A stretch of DNA of 63,796 nt, counting the filler, from Aduncisulcus paluster (taxonomy: Eukaryota): assembly GCA_024181965.1 (NCBI GenBank). It is 5 parts of 5 records of this genome, joined end to end, with 100 filler letters (N's around TTAATTAATTAA, not from the genome) between each part and the next. Parts side by side here need not be neighbours in the genome. Positions count along the whole stretch, not along the records: positions 9,021 to 19,789 come from BQXS01012607.1; positions 19,890 to 37,045 come from BQXS01012608.1; 3 more parts are not named here. One strand, given 5' to 3'. Under the pieces are notes generated by a model. It was given only the letters and a program-made list of their open reading frames with translations, was not told where the DNA came from and did no database searches. This document shows, one piece after another, positions 12,963 to 27,072 of the stretch; within the stretch, counting starts at the first letter, position 1, and the number at the start of each line of letters is the position of its first letter. Both the position numbers and the translations under genes were made by a program.

Positions 12963-13475
12963 ATGCCTATTCCAGAAGGATTACTTAGAGCCGGTTTTAT
13001 GAGTGAAATAGAAGCCCTTTTCGATGAAGTTGATACTGAAAAGAAAGGGATTGTCGATTTATCACTTGATAGCCAGTCGAGAACTCTTCAAGCGGCTCTT
13101 GATTTAGATGATGATGATTACGCACTTCTCATGTCATGGATAACATATTTTGATAAGAATGAAGATGGTGTTTTTGATAAGAATGAATTAGCCGAGCTCA
13201 TTGCTGTGTTTTCGTTTTTGTCTGAGCTTCAATCCACTCCAAGGACAAATTATAAAAAAATAGATGTAATATGTGACTGGTTATTTCAACTTATTGATTG
13301 TGATAAGTCAGGAACCATTGAATTCAAAGAGATTAAATTCTTGCTCTCCACTCTTCATAAATTAACCGGAAAACTCGAACTCGATTTCTTTGATGAAATT
13401 GATACTGATGGCTCTGGAACTATTGAGTTTGATGAATTTAAAGAACTAATCAAGGGAGTGTTCCTACCAAAGTAA
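12963..13475 (+). CDS. EF-hand calcium-binding protein (four EF-hand-like loops)
   Basis: Loops DTEKKGIVD, DKNEDGVFDKNE, DCDKSGTIEFKE and DTDGSGTIEFDE. Confidence 0.92.
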   Translation: MPIPEGLLRAGFMSEIEALFDEVDTEKKGIVDLSLDSQSRTLQAALDLDDDDYALLMSWITYFDKNEDGVFDKNELAELIAVFSFLSELQSTPRTNYKKIDVICDWLFQLIDCDKSGTIEFKEIKFLLSTLHKLTGKLELDFFDEIDTDGSGTIEFDEFKELIKGVFLPK

Positions 13476-13763
13476 TGACGAATTAAAAACCCATTGTCAA
13501 TTTTTATTTTTCAATTTATATGTATATTTGTTTCTTTTTTGACCAATTTTATAATTTAGATTCCATCTTTCGCCCAGGATGATCAAGATCAATTCATCTC
13601 GACTTCATGATGAAGTCTTTTATCATTCATTTTTTTTTTGGAATAAATTGATAATAACCTTTCATAATTTAAGATTATATTTGTTTAGCTGGACATATAC
13701 TGTCAATATGGGCATATTAAATTTATCAACTCTTTTTCTTGTCATCCTGATTAACAGGGGAAC

Positions 13764-16700
13764 ATGAAACGGTTAAAACCAATTATTCTTGTTCCTGGGT
13801 ATCTTGAATCATCACTCATAGCCGTCAATCAGCTTGATGCACGTGTTTTGCCCATTTTCCCAAGATTTTTTTATAGTGGTATGTGGAACTGCTTGAAATT
13901 GTTATTTATATTTTATACCTTTCTATATTTTTTTTCTGATGAGCTTCTTTAGATTTTTATGCTAGTAACTATCTCACGAAACCTATCCTTTCCTCCAGTG
14001 GTTATCCTTGGTATTCCAAAAAAACTGATGGCCCTGATAAGACCCAGATTCTTGAAGATGAATTTGAGATCCGCGGTATTACTGAAAATGCTGGAATGGA
14101 GGGAGTTAAGGCATCCTTTTTCTCACAGAACAAATGGAGTGGAGTTTTTGATGAATTAATCAGTCAATTATGCGATCTTGGTTATTCCCCAGGGACCTCT
14201 CTCTTTGCTTTTAACTATGATTACCGTCGTTCTTTTGACGATGACGTGATAATCAATGATTTTACTGAATTTCTTCGTGTAGTCAAAAGTATAAATAATA
14301 ACGAACGAATAGCCCTTATTTCCCATGGTACTGGTGGATTATTCGTTAAATCGTACCTATTAAAGCACCCAGAAGCCCGATTCTCTGTGAGCGACTGGGT
14401 AGCTGCATCCTGCCCCTTTTATGGTGCTGGTCTTACCCCTTTAAACAGCTGTATCTTTAATGAAACCAATGTATCGGCTCCAAATGAACGGATAACATCT
14501 CTTTCTGCAGCAAATGAGAGGGCTTTATTCTTTACTTCGTCTTCGTTTCTTTCTCTGCTCCCATCCGCTCTAATAATGCAAATGGTGTCCCAAATAACAG
14601 CCAAACCACTCTCCAGACAGCTATTTTCTGTCCCAATGAACATCTCTATCCGCGATGTTAAGGTTACTCGTTCTTCTCCTTCTTCCGGCGAAGATATCAT
14701 TGGTTCTGGAGAAACCAAAAAAGATCAACCAGAGAAAAGTTCTTTTTTTAGCGGAATCTTCTCTCCTTCAATCAAAAAGCCAAAGCCACAGAGAACAGTA
14801 ATCACTTTCACTACAAATGTCTTCGAAAAGATTGAACCGACTGCCGATTCATCAACGATCAAGAAGGTTCCTGGTTCAAAGCCCATTGAAGGCACTCCGA
14901 CTTCATCTATCGCCATTGCCCATCTTGTTGGTGATATTTCTGTGACCGATTCGACTCTTTCCACAGATTCCTATCCTTCCTTAGCCTCTACAGCAGCCCC
15001 AATCGAGGGTTCTTCTGCTCTCTCTTCCTCTTCTTCCCCTATCTCCACCCTTGCTTCCTCCCCTTCTTCCTCCTCCCCTGTGGATTCTCTTGGAGGGACA
15101 GAGAAAGGAATGGGTGTTTCGAAACCTATGCCATGGAAACCAAAGAAACAATACACACATTCCCTTGCAACCTTAATGGAACTCTCACACGCTCACCTCT
15201 GTCTATGTCAGAATATTCCATCATTCCACCTCTCTGGTCGGACCTCTGAAGACACACAAAGAGCTGGAGATATTCATAGAGCAGATGATAGTGTTTCTGG
15301 GGGAGCTATCAAGGAGAGTACAACATACAGAACCTCAGACAAGGATAAAGATGTTCCTCCTGTCTCTAACAAGGGAGAAGATATAAAGGAAGAGACTCTT
15401 GGAGAATCTATCAAGTCAAGCGATAAGGATACACATCATGATGCTACAACTAAATCTAGTCCAATGAAATCGTTATCTAATTCATTATCTCTTCCGTTTC
15501 TTTGTGCCTGGACTCAGAATGAACTTCTATCAACCTATGAACTGATGTGTGCCCCGTTACCTTCTTGTGAAAAGAAAGCCCGGCCATACACTCTCTTCTC
15601 CTCAGCTCGTTCACACTCAGGTCGCAGGAAATCTGTCCCCGTTGATCTCAGCACAGCCTCGACTGAATCGTATCAGAGCTCTTCGCTGTGCGGTGCTGGA
15701 GTNNNNNNNNNNNNNNNNNNNNTCTTTGTGCCTGGACTCAGAATGAACTTCTATCAACCTATGAACTGATGTGTGCCCCGTTACCTTCTTGTGAAAAGAA
15801 AGCCCGGCCATACACTCTCTTCTCCTCAGCTCGTTCACACTCAGGTCGCAGGAAATCTGTCCCCGTTGATCTCAGCACAGCCTCGACTGAATCGTATCAG
15901 AGCTCTTCGCTGTGCGGTGCTGGAGTATTCGGATATTACTCCATGGGTTCTCCTTCTTCCTCCAAGGACGACACTGGACCGGATACCCTTATGGCAGATA
16001 CGGAGAAAGACATCCCTCATCCTGCTCCCATTGAATCAACACAAGGATTCACATCCCCCTCTGTGTCTTCCAATGCTTCATCCGTGTCTTCGTCTCTCTT
16101 CTCCCCTGTGTCTATGTCTCTCCCACAGTCCTATCCATCATATAGATCATCATCTGTCCCCCCTCCCCTATCTATCCATGTCATTGGTGGAACGCACACA
16201 AACACTCCTTGGCATATGAATATTAATGCCCACGACAGCAGTGTGGTGTGTTCTGAACATAACATTATATCTTGTGAACAACACAGGAAAGGGAAAGGAA
16301 GAGAAGAGAGAAGAATGATGGAACAAAGGGACAATGGGATTAAAAAGTTATTATTTGGATGTGTTAGTACCAATGAATGTACAGGATGTCAATGCTATCA
16401 AGAGTTTAAGTGCCCCCCTTCCTCTTCCTCTTCTTCCTCAGGTTCTCCAGGTTCTTCAGGTTCCTCAGGTTCTTCGAGAATCCTTTCAAACTCTTCTTCT
16501 TCCACATCTGTCTCCTCTTCCTCTCCGCTTCCTGCTTCATATACACACATTAGTGGAGATGGAATTATTCCAGATTTCTCTTCTCTGTGTGTTTCAGAGA
16601 GTGTCACAGGTCGTCTGCCTCTACATGGAGTTAAGTTCGCCGATACATTGTCCCATCCGAGTGCCATAATGTTTATTGAACAACAGGTCTTACAGCTTGA

Positions 16701-19700
16701 GGAAGAACTTAAATGTGTGAGTGAGATTGAGAAGATGAGAGAGAAGAGAGAGAAAGAAAAAGATGAACAACGCAGAAAAGAAGATATGGAAAGATGGGAG
16801 AAACGAGAACAAGAAATTGACGAGTATTATCAGCAAGAACAGCTTCGTATCGAACGTGAAGAGTATGATAGAACATCTGCTATCTTATCCCAAGTATCTC
16901 CTCCTTCTCATCCTTCACAGGCAGCCCCTGGTGATAATGTATCTGCAACTTCTGTTGAGACTATATCATATATGCCCAAAGTGGATGGATTCGAAGAGTA
17001 TGTAATCTTGGATAGTGTGAAGGTGCCCAAACAAGAGGCAGAGAGAGCTCTACAACTAGATTTACATCCTTTGCACACTTCTTCTTCTTCTTCCCAAATA
17101 TCCAAGACTGCGTCTATCGATAGTGATGGGAGAAAGGCTCAGCAAGAGAGTGGAAAAGATGACAGTCAGCCCGGTGATGGACGTCCAAGAACTTATTCCT
17201 GCGGCTATGACAAGGAACTCTATTCAAGTTACCAGTCCATTCCTCTTGCTCCAAAAGAACATGCTTTTAAGTCTCTTGATGAGAAAAGAAAGACAACACA
17301 AACACAGACAAATGTATCATCAAATGTCCAAAAAACAATACCTGAAGGAAGTCAAAAGACTCAAACTCAAGCACAAGAATATCCTCAACAATCCAAGCAA
17401 ACATCAGTGTCAGTGCCTCGAACACCATGTCCACCTAATTATCCAACTACCCCCTCGGCATCTTCACCAATGTACCCTGATTCATCTCCTATGTCCCCTC
17501 TCACTCCTTTCTATGCCGGTTCTTTCTCAACAAACCCGATATATCAGTATCCTAAGAATTCTCCATACCTAAAATTAGATCCTTCACCTTTTCCAGCATT
17601 ATTGTCGCTCACACCGGCATCCATCGCCGCCGGACGCCGAAACAATGCCGCCAGAAAACGGCCTGTTATCCTTATTCCTGGTGTTGGAGGGAGTATTCTG
17701 AAATGCAGAGACATGCGGTTTGGAAAAGAACAAGAGATTTACAGCGAACTTAAGTTAAAACGAAAGAGTTTGCATTCGACAGATTCTGATCATTTTGATC
17801 CTGATAAGATTGTTCCAAAAGAGTATGATGTTATTGATCCAGCTGACGATATTCCATGTGATATTGACGATATCAAACCTCATTCCAGTGAAGATCTCGG
17901 TAAAAAAGATGCAAAAGAGAGTATTAGTAAGAAAAAGGAACGTCCTTCCATTTCCAAAGATGTCTTGAGTGGCACTTCTACGAGAATTACTCCGAGTATT
18001 TCTGACTCAGGTTCTGAGGTAGCTTTCTCAGGCACCAGTGGGACTCCTTTCACCGCAAACCAGACTTCACCTTCATCTAAACAGCAACAGTGTGGAGAGG
18101 AACAACAAGGAAATGACACCGATGATGATTCTATTATTGACACAGAATCGATGCAACTTGGTGTTTCATCTGAATCAAAGGATTGTGAGAGAGATGATGA
18201 TGTTCAGTCTGCGACAGAAACGACGAAGACTCCAACCCCCAAGAACACAGATAGCAAGAAAATTCCTGCCGACTTTATAGTGTGGCCAAATTTCATTGGT
18301 CACACTGCCATTGTTGAGAAATACGCCTGGGGAAACTACAATCCTGATACCCGTTTTTATGAGCATTATTTGTACCCTGACCACATCATTGTCTATCCTG
18401 CAAGACATAACCATGGTCTGTATGGCATCGAAACACTCTTACCCGATCTCCCGATCCTTGGGGGAATGCTTGGAGGTCAGTTTAGATGGATGAGCGAGAT
18501 GTTGAAGAAGAAACGTGGGCTCCTCCCTGGAGTAACTCTGTTTGGTTTCCCTTATGACTGGAGACAGGAACCCAATGCCGATTGGATGCTTGACGATCTA
18601 TGTGCTCACATTATCAATGCTTTTGTCCGTTCTGGAGGGCGTAAAGTCGACATTATCTGCCATTCAATGGGAGGATTGCTCATGTTGTTTCTGTGGAAGA
18701 AGCGCCATGACTTTTGTCTGCAATATTTAAGATCTATCACTTCGATTGGAACCCCATATGGAGGTGCCAGTGCGATTGCTACTTCGTCTTCCCTTGTAGG
18801 TTACACAATGCAGATGGATTTCCTCAACCATAATTCATTTAGAGTTCTAGAGATGACAGCCCCTGTATATTTCCATCTCACACCCAATCCATTTATGCCA
18901 ACACATGAACCCGCGTCGACATGGGTGAAAAAGAGACTTCCGATTCAACTCAGCCCGGCAGAGATTGTGAAATGGAAACAAACAAACTCTACCACCCATT
19001 ATCACGGTGTTGAAGTCCTGTTCAATAGCCAGGGACACGCTATTCTTCAGCCATGGGTCTGGGTCAGAATATGTGTGCAAACCGATGACTCTGCAGGTCA
19101 ACAAAAACGACTGAGTGATAAGTACTCACTCAACATTGATGAGATGTATCTTGATGATGGTCAGAGTGATACTGTTAGTGTTTGTTCATCCCACCACGTG
19201 AAGGATATGATTGGATTTGAAGACGAAGACGATGATCTCTCAAGTTTCATGGAGTTGTCTGCTAGTCGAATGAAGAAGAAGCATAATCTTGAGCATGTAC
19301 AAGCCCACGATAATGGGGGAAGAAGAAGAGTTTGAGGAAGATGAAGAAGAGCAGGAAGATGTTGATTCCTTTTCTAAGAGTGACGATGTAACGACCAAAG
19401 CTGCTATTACCATCCCAAGATCTCCCACAACTGTTGGACAGACTGTGAAATCCAATGAATCGTATCCCTCAACTGTTTTTGAAGCCTCAACGTCTCCCTC
19501 AAACTCTGACGGAGACGATGAACCACGTGTCGGCGTTGGTAAACGTCTGTCAAGGTCTATGTCTCTTCGCCTTCACTTCACTTCTTCCACATCTGGCTCC
19601 AGCAAACCCCATCACCCACCCACCAGTGTATCTTCCCCTTCCTCTTCAATCTCCAAACATTTCCGGTCACTCTCTCTTGGAGGATCTTCTGCCCGTGATG

Positions 19701-19789
19701 TTGAGTGTACGATTGGAGATCTAGAGGAAGTTGCCGAGGAGTTGTTGGCAAGCAGTAGTGATCTTGTCACAGTTGACCGTAGCCGTGGG
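13764..19789 (+). CDS. Large protein with two tandem LCAT/phospholipase A-like alpha/beta-hydrolase domains; intron 13879-13952; 3'-truncated
   Basis: Domain 1: KPIILVPG, LFAFNYDYR, ISHGTGG, CPFYGA, GDGIIP. Domain 2: RPVILIPGVGGS, LFGFPYDWRQ, ICHSMGG, GTPYGGA. It is split by the gap duplication at 15703-15722 and a probable indel near 19320. Confidence 0.85.
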
Positions 19790-19889
19790 NNNNNNNNNNN
19801 NNNNNNNNNNNNNNNNNNNNNNNNNNNNNNNNNTTAATTAATTAANNNNNNNNNNNNNNNNNNNNNNNNNNNNNNNNNNNNNNNNNNNN
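19790..19889. other. Artificial scaffold-joining spacer
   Basis: N44-TTAATTAATTAA-N44. Confidence 0.97.
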
Positions 19890-22800
19890 AGAAGAAGAAT
19901 CAGAAGTGTGAACAACTGAAGACATGTCTGCAACCAATTCGAGTGAGGAATTCCCACACAAGTAGATGAACATGGTTTCAGGGAGGAGAGAATGCATCAT
20001 TGGATCACCCAGAAGGATATCAGAACCTTCTCCAATGTATATCATCGAGTACTTGAAAGACTGAATAGGTTGTAAGGAGTATGGAGGCAGGACAAGGATG
20101 ACACTGGAGATCTCAGAAGGAACGTACGAGAGGGGAGAGTAAAGATCATAGTTGGAAGTTATGTCAGTGAAAGAATAGTTCAAAGAAGTAGAATTATCAA
20201 GGGCATTGGGATCCAACGAAGAAAACTTATTATACGTCGTCGAGGCAATAATATCATCAATCGCCAAACTACATCCACTTGATGAGACATCATAAAGGTA
20301 TCCATCACGGCATTCACATGTAGAAACAGGTGAAATGCCAGCACAGACACTGCTGATATCACACAGAGTTGTGGAACAACCTCTAAAATTAGCTAGGAAT
20401 AATGGAGGCTGATAGAGTTTGAGAAACTTTGGGATGAACTGTGCAATAACCGTGAAGTTTTCCGTTTCAACATAGCCAGCAATGATCATCTCATCTTCCG
20501 AATCCGGATATAGCACAAGGTGAATATTCAGCTCGACATCTTCCCCATCTTGGACAAAAGGCCAGGCTTCATCAAAACCTTCAGAAGCGTTGCCATCAAG
20601 ATCCTCAGCAACAGTAACAACAATAACATCACCCGTTTTTAAGAACCCTATCGCTAGCAAATATCCCGTTCCACCTGGGCGTTTGATAAGAAACCAAGTC
20701 ATCGGAAGATTATCGATGGCGTAAGAGGCCACATTCAGATCATCATCAATCTCACTAACCCCCGTCCGAAAACGAGTAATCTGATCAGCATATAAATCAG
20801 CCACTGAATTAACAATGCCGTACTCAGAAAATGCACCGTCAAAGGGAAACTCGATATGCAGTCGCAAGATCTCGTTAGTTGCCTCACTGTCTTGGTAGAT
20901 GTGCACAGATATTGAATTCATTTGGTCTAGAATGGAATATTCATCACTGGATGCATCAAGAGAGAGAGACACATAGCGGCCGATGGGAATGAGTCCCGGG
21001 ACAGTCTGTGCCAAGTATGGAACAGGCAAAGGACTAAGAAGAGGGATAATATCGAAATCTTTCACACTGTGTGACTCAGAGTAGAATTCATACTTGGAGA
21101 ATGACTCACACCAAGCAATAGAAACTCCCCAGGGAGACAATACATCCATGGTGGAGAAATACGAGAGATCACAAGACACCGAGGTACTCTCACCATCCTC
21201 ACTCATCGTGATTTCAGAGGAGAAAGACTGAATTGCAGTCAACAGGTAGGCAGATCCAAGTGATAGCTCAAAATAGTCTGTCCCATTGGTTGAGTCAGAT
21301 AGAATCTCAGTATAAGTGGAGGAATCAATCCCATGGATAAGAGCTTGGTCAAACTGATCTGAGAGATTGTGTAAGAGTCTAGAATCCAAATTAATACCCA
21401 CATTCAACGTTCCAAGAGTGGACACATTGAAAACAAGACCACCAACACGCACACCGGTTTTGCTATTCGTAGAAAGAAAGCCTTGGAAGGAGTATACATA
21501 CACATTCAGTTCAGGATCCTTGTATTTCAGGAAATTAAAGTCGGAAGGACACTCCAATGTCTCAGAAAGTGAGTCCAACACATGGAGATCGATGCTAATG
21601 GTCTGAACAGCACTGAGACTATCCTCATCCTGACCTGAAAGCAGTGTGACTTCGATGGACATCCAAGAACCAGCCTCCCCAGATCCGTCACAGTGGAACA
21701 TCACTCGATCAATGAACTGATACACAGTAGAACTACTCACACTGGCTTTATCACAGGAAATCACAGGCAGATTAACATCCCCCTCCACGTCTGACAGAGG
21801 GATTCGATAATCAAATGGCACAGACGTGAACTGATCCAAGAGGGGAATGATTGAATCCAACCAGGTAGGTGCCTGACGACTACTACTCAAACTATAAGCG
21901 TTCATAACACCACCAAGGAATAGATTATATACTGTTGTGAACACGAGGGAATCAGGATCGATAGAGTCGAGGGAAGAAGCCGATTGAAGAGGTGAAATAA
22001 TCAACCCCCCATCATCATCAGCTAACTGAATCACCATAATTGAAGTGACAGAGGCACCAACTCGAACCAACTCTGGAAAGTTCATTTGAAGAGATATGAC
22101 TCCATCAATGGTAATAGTTGAATTGTAATATCCATACTNNNNNNNNNNNNNNNNNNNNTTATATACTGTTGTGAACACGAGGGAATCAGGATCGATAGAG
22201 TCGAGGGAAGAAGCCGATTGAAGAGGTGAAATAATCAACCCCCCATCATCATCAGCTAACTGAATCACCATAATTGAAGTGACAGAGGCACCAACTCGAA
22301 CCAACTCTGGAAAGTTCATTTGAAGAGATATGACTCCATCAATGGTAATAGTTGAATTGTAATATCCATACTTGTACGAAGAAAACACAATGAACATGTC
22401 ACTATCATAATAAACACAGTGACATTCATGCATATCGTGCGAATCTTCCAATGGGGTGATGAAAACAATCTTGGATTGAGCAATAAGTTCTTCAGGGACA
22501 CTGTCACCATCAGAGAAACCATCCACGGCGCCAGAACCAGAAGCAAGGTCAAGGTAAGGCAGAACATAAGACAGTAGTGAATTAACGTTGTATTTGACAC
22601 CATCAGTGCCCGTCATCTGGTAGTTATTCCACTCAACCCCAATAAGACGCCCTATTCTCCTTGGGGAGTAAATGACAGAGAGTGGATCTTTCTGGGTATA
22701 ATTCACAGTGGAACGAGTGTCTTCAGAGAGAGATTGCAATGTAACGCCATACAAATCTGGATCTTGAATCATGTTCCCAAGACCATTCACTAGAGTCTCA

Positions 22801-23879
22801 TCAAGTTCGAATTCAAAGCGGGAGGACAGAGAATGGCGAGAAAATGCATCAATACGACCAAAAATGAGGCTACATGGCAAATCATCACCGATTGAACACG
22901 AAGAACCACCTGAATGGACAATTTTATAGTCAGAGAGGTAGGGAGAAGCTGAGATAAAAGGTCTTCTCATATCAGCATTGAGGGCAGCCTTCTCGGGGGA
23001 CACAAAGGACACAGACAGATGGAGGAGATCAGAATAGACATTAATATCACCAATATCAGAAATAGAAAGCGAGAATAGAATCTCACCTTCAACAGAATCG
23101 GATAGCTCAATATAGACACCTTCATCACCATTCTTCAAGCCACCAGAGAGTGAACTGCATTCGTCGGTAAGAATAGTGCCATCAACATTGGAAATATTTA
23201 CCATCAGAACAACACGAGAACGTTCACCGATAAAAACAACAGAAATAGATGTGAGAGTGGGATCACAGAGAATAACAACAGATTGAGCAGCAATATATGA
23301 TGACAGTCCAACAGGAAGGGGAGATTGGAGGAAAACAGAACCCAAAGAGGAAGGAGATTGGGAGAAGAAAGTGTTCAAAGAACCATCATCTCGATCATAG
23401 GCGACGAATCTTTCATAAATGGGAATAGAAACTTCTTCTGACGAAGACAATAATGTGGGCAATGTCGAAACATCATAAAACGAAGGAAATAAAACTGGAT
23501 CTTGGACATATTCAGTCGCAGATCCCAAAACAGTTATAGAATGAGAATAAATGTTGCTATTGGAATCATAAGACTCAATACTTCCCTTATATGGCAGTGT
23601 AATTATGGAATTATTTGAAAAATATCCATCAACACACTTTAAATAGAGTGAAGATCCGTGAGACAAGAAAACAGAAAATGAAGAGAGGCTAGAGGGTAAA
23701 GTGTCAATTTCGAATTGAGAATTAGATTTTACATTAAAGTACTGCTCCACATTATCGTCAGGAAGAGTATATTTTAAAGATTCTTCGATATTTAGAATAC
23801 AGAAAGATATGAGGGGAAAAAATAACAAAAAGAATGAAAATATCAACATCTGTTCACTAAATAAGAAATTTCTTTGCAT
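19890..23879 (-). CDS. Large secreted/cell-surface protein, acidic and Ser-rich, with one EGF-like module; 3'-truncated
   Basis: Hydrophobic N-terminus (LIFSFFLLFFPLISFC) and an ORF of about 1300 aa. CSTTLCDISSVCAGISPVSTCECRDGYLYDVSSSGC has EGF-type six-Cys spacing. Confidence 0.75.
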
Positions 23880-24181
23880 TTTAGGTCACCGAAAAAAGCA
23901 AAGAAGCCAAACGCAAGACTGATTTTAATTGGCTAGAAATTCTTGTTTTGCTCTTCACCATCATGTACTGCAATATAAAATTTATTTAGCCACTAAAAAT
24001 ATCTAAATGGTTTTCAAGGATCTCTATACAACCGTTCATTTTGTATTCTTCTTCTGTTCATGTTATAGAGTCAGTTTGCATTTGCACAGCAATAAACTTT
24101 ATTGCATTGAATGCGAAAATGACTTTACTATTGAAGAAATTCAGGAAAGAACATAGTACAAAAAAAATCAATAAATTATAT

Positions 24182-25672
24182 TTACATTATTCGTTTTAAA
24201 TGAGTAGTGACGAATCTAGAAAAATCTTGAACTCCGCCACCAACACGAACAAACAGTTTCCCCCGAACATTGCATCCCGATTGAGAAACGAATTTGTGAC
24301 CACTTTCATATCGTTTCATTTGCTTCATCTTTTGATTCTTTTGTTCTTTCCCGGAATAACTAATAAATAGAAGGATACGCTTCTTCGGCTCCTTGCTTCC
24401 AGTGAACCAGATATACTTGTTGGCCTTGTCAACTCTCCGTTCAAAGTGTAAAAATACATTTCTTTCAGCATAACTTCGAACGTAGCTCTCCACTAACACA
24501 CGAATGTTCTTCTCTTCCTCCGTCTCTGAAGGTTTCACAGAATGACGTTTCAAATCCTTTGTCCATGTGTTATAGTATGAAATCCTCATAAAGTGGGATT
24601 TCTGCGAAGGAATCTGTTCCACTGCGTAAAATGGAAAGTTCTCATCTGCATTGAGTTCAGTTAGAGACCTTGGATCTTGGCGCCTCTTCTTCAGCAAGAG
24701 CATCCTCTCTTTCTCATCTCGACCACGCTCACGGCCCAACCGATCCTGTCCTTCCATCTTTCTCACCTCCCTTGTTCGGAGTAAGAAAGAAGGCACATCA
24801 AACTTCTGCACAGGAGAGTGAACACTGCTCGAGACGAGAGACTCTGCTTCCTTTGAGAGTGCACGGCCAATGACTGGACTAGAGGCGGATTGAGCAAGAG
24901 AGGAGAGACGCATCTCATCGATAGTACTCTTCCTTAGTCCAAACTGAGAGTGGGAGAGCGACTGAGATACTTGGGAGGTTGTCTCATCGTCAGAGCCTGC
25001 TTGATAAGATGTGGTGAGACATGGAGCTGGTGGCAGCATGTCAATATGTGTGAGTTCAAGGAGTTTATCGCGGAGGAGCTTATTCTCCACCTCAAGACAG
25101 AAGAACTTGTCACGTTCTTTCTGAACATCAGCAGTGAGCATGGAAACATTATCCTCGAGCTCAGATTTGGCTTGGTGAGCATCCCGAGCTGAAGCATGAG
25201 CGTATTTGAGAGCTGACTCTTTCTGCTCGAGGAGAAACTTCAATTTCTTAATCTCCAGATCTTTGGCTTTATCAATTCCCATGAGGTCTTTGTGCTCTTG
25301 TTTCAGTTCAGTCTCAAGATCTGTCCTCTGCCGTTGTGATACTTTGAGTTCTTTCTGACATTGAGTTCGGGTATCTTCTGCTTCTTTCTCAACGGACAAG
25401 GAATGCCTCACAAGGTCTTCAACGCCACCATGGAGCAAATGATAGGCACTGCTAAGACGTTGCTGGCCTTGTGAAAATGTACATAGCATCAGTTCAAGGG
25501 AAGGATTCATCGAGAGAATGCCGGAAGTCAGGCTAGAATTAAGATAGTTGATTGTATTATGCATGCGTTCAATGGACGTCCGAATATCATCAGGAACAGA
25601 CGAAATAATATCGGGAGCAAACGTCAATGAAGACGATTGAACCGTGGATACTTGTACTTCCCTTGCAACACT

Positions 25673-25705
<33 letters not shown>

Positions 25706-26860
25706 ATATCCTTCTTGTTTGTGTATTTTATCTTTAACAGTTATTAACTCATGTGAATCAGATATTCCCGTCCTCAGTCCAGTGAGAAGGCCGGAAATAC
25801 ATTCACGGAGCATCTCTTCACGTTTAACACTCTGTTCAAGGTCATCTTTTACACGTTCAAGCTCTAACTGCATCTCAAGAGCTGCGGGTGCATGCACATG
25901 GGCAAGTGGTACCGGAGAACCTCTCACAAGCACTTCAGCTTGATCATCATGTGGAATATGTGGCTGTGGACGTGAAATTGGAGCCACACCCTTTTCCTCT
26001 GAATATTCATGAGATAAAGGATGTGTCGATGATGCAGGAGGTTTATGAGACGATTCTTGAGAAGGAATTTGCGACTGTTGATGGAAGGAGGAAGATCCAT
26101 CCAATTCATCCGAATGGGTTATAATATCTTTGTTAGAAACATCACGAGTTTCATTAAAACCAGGAAATTCAATACTATCAGGAGTGTTGAGAGAGGAATG
26201 TTTAGGAGGAGCGGTTGAAAGTAGTGATTGGTGGGAAACCATCTGCTTTCTTTGTGGCTTCTTTGAAGAAAAAGTATCGAAGGCAGAAGGAGGGGTTGAT
26301 TGTGTGAACGTTGAAGGTTCAACAATTTCTGATTTAACAATATCATGCCTGTCACCAGGAGAGGAATCCCCACTAAGAATTCCTTCCTTATTATCGATTA
26401 CTTCATCGTTATTCCCACTTTCGGGTTCACTTTGTAATTTTTCTTCTTCATCTTCACGCTCCAGTGATTGTTCCATGTGATCTTTGCCTTCTGTCATACC
26501 CATCTCACTGTGAATAAATCTAGGATCTTTTGGCTGAAATTCAGGCCTTTCATCATTAATATCATCTTTTCCATCAAAATTTCTTGATTTTACCTGGGTT
26601 AATTGCAAAATATTACCAACAACATCCTCGTGGAGACAACCAGTAGATAATTCTTCATCTTCCAGTCCAATCTCATCAGATTCCTTAAATATTTGTAAAT
26701 TTTCAAGGCTTTCTATTGGAGGACTTGCGGATTCACCGTCTTTCTCAGCGTCTTTACAATATTGAAGAAAATCAACGACAGAATATGTTTCTTCATCACT
26801 GTGCGTTTTTAATAGACGCAAAGCATCTTCAATATGTTCTTTTGATGTTGGTTCTGCCAT
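24182..26860 (-). CDS. Coiled-coil protein with a C-terminal GAS2-related (GAR) microtubule-binding domain
   Basis: Central heptad-rich region. C-terminal LFVRVGGGVQDFSRFVTTH matches the GAR hallmark VRVGGGW..L..FL..H. First ATG is at 26860. Confidence 0.75.
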
Positions 26861-27072
26861 CAAATACTCGAAATTTCCGCTCGAAATCGTTTTAAGCACA
26901 TTATTGAATTATGAAGGTATATATTGTTTATTTACGAATTATAGCTGCATAATAAATTAGGAATTTTCGATAAAGGTTCGGAATATTATCTTATACAGCT
27001 TCTATTTCAAATCATCCTTTTTTGACTGATTGAAGGAATCAATATCATATTTAACAAATTTTTGGGACATAA

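Noticed and set aside
19310..19340. Apparent programmed frameshift in the LCAT-like gene
   Set aside because: It lies in a G5/GAA run, so a one-base sequencing or assembly indel is the simpler explanation.
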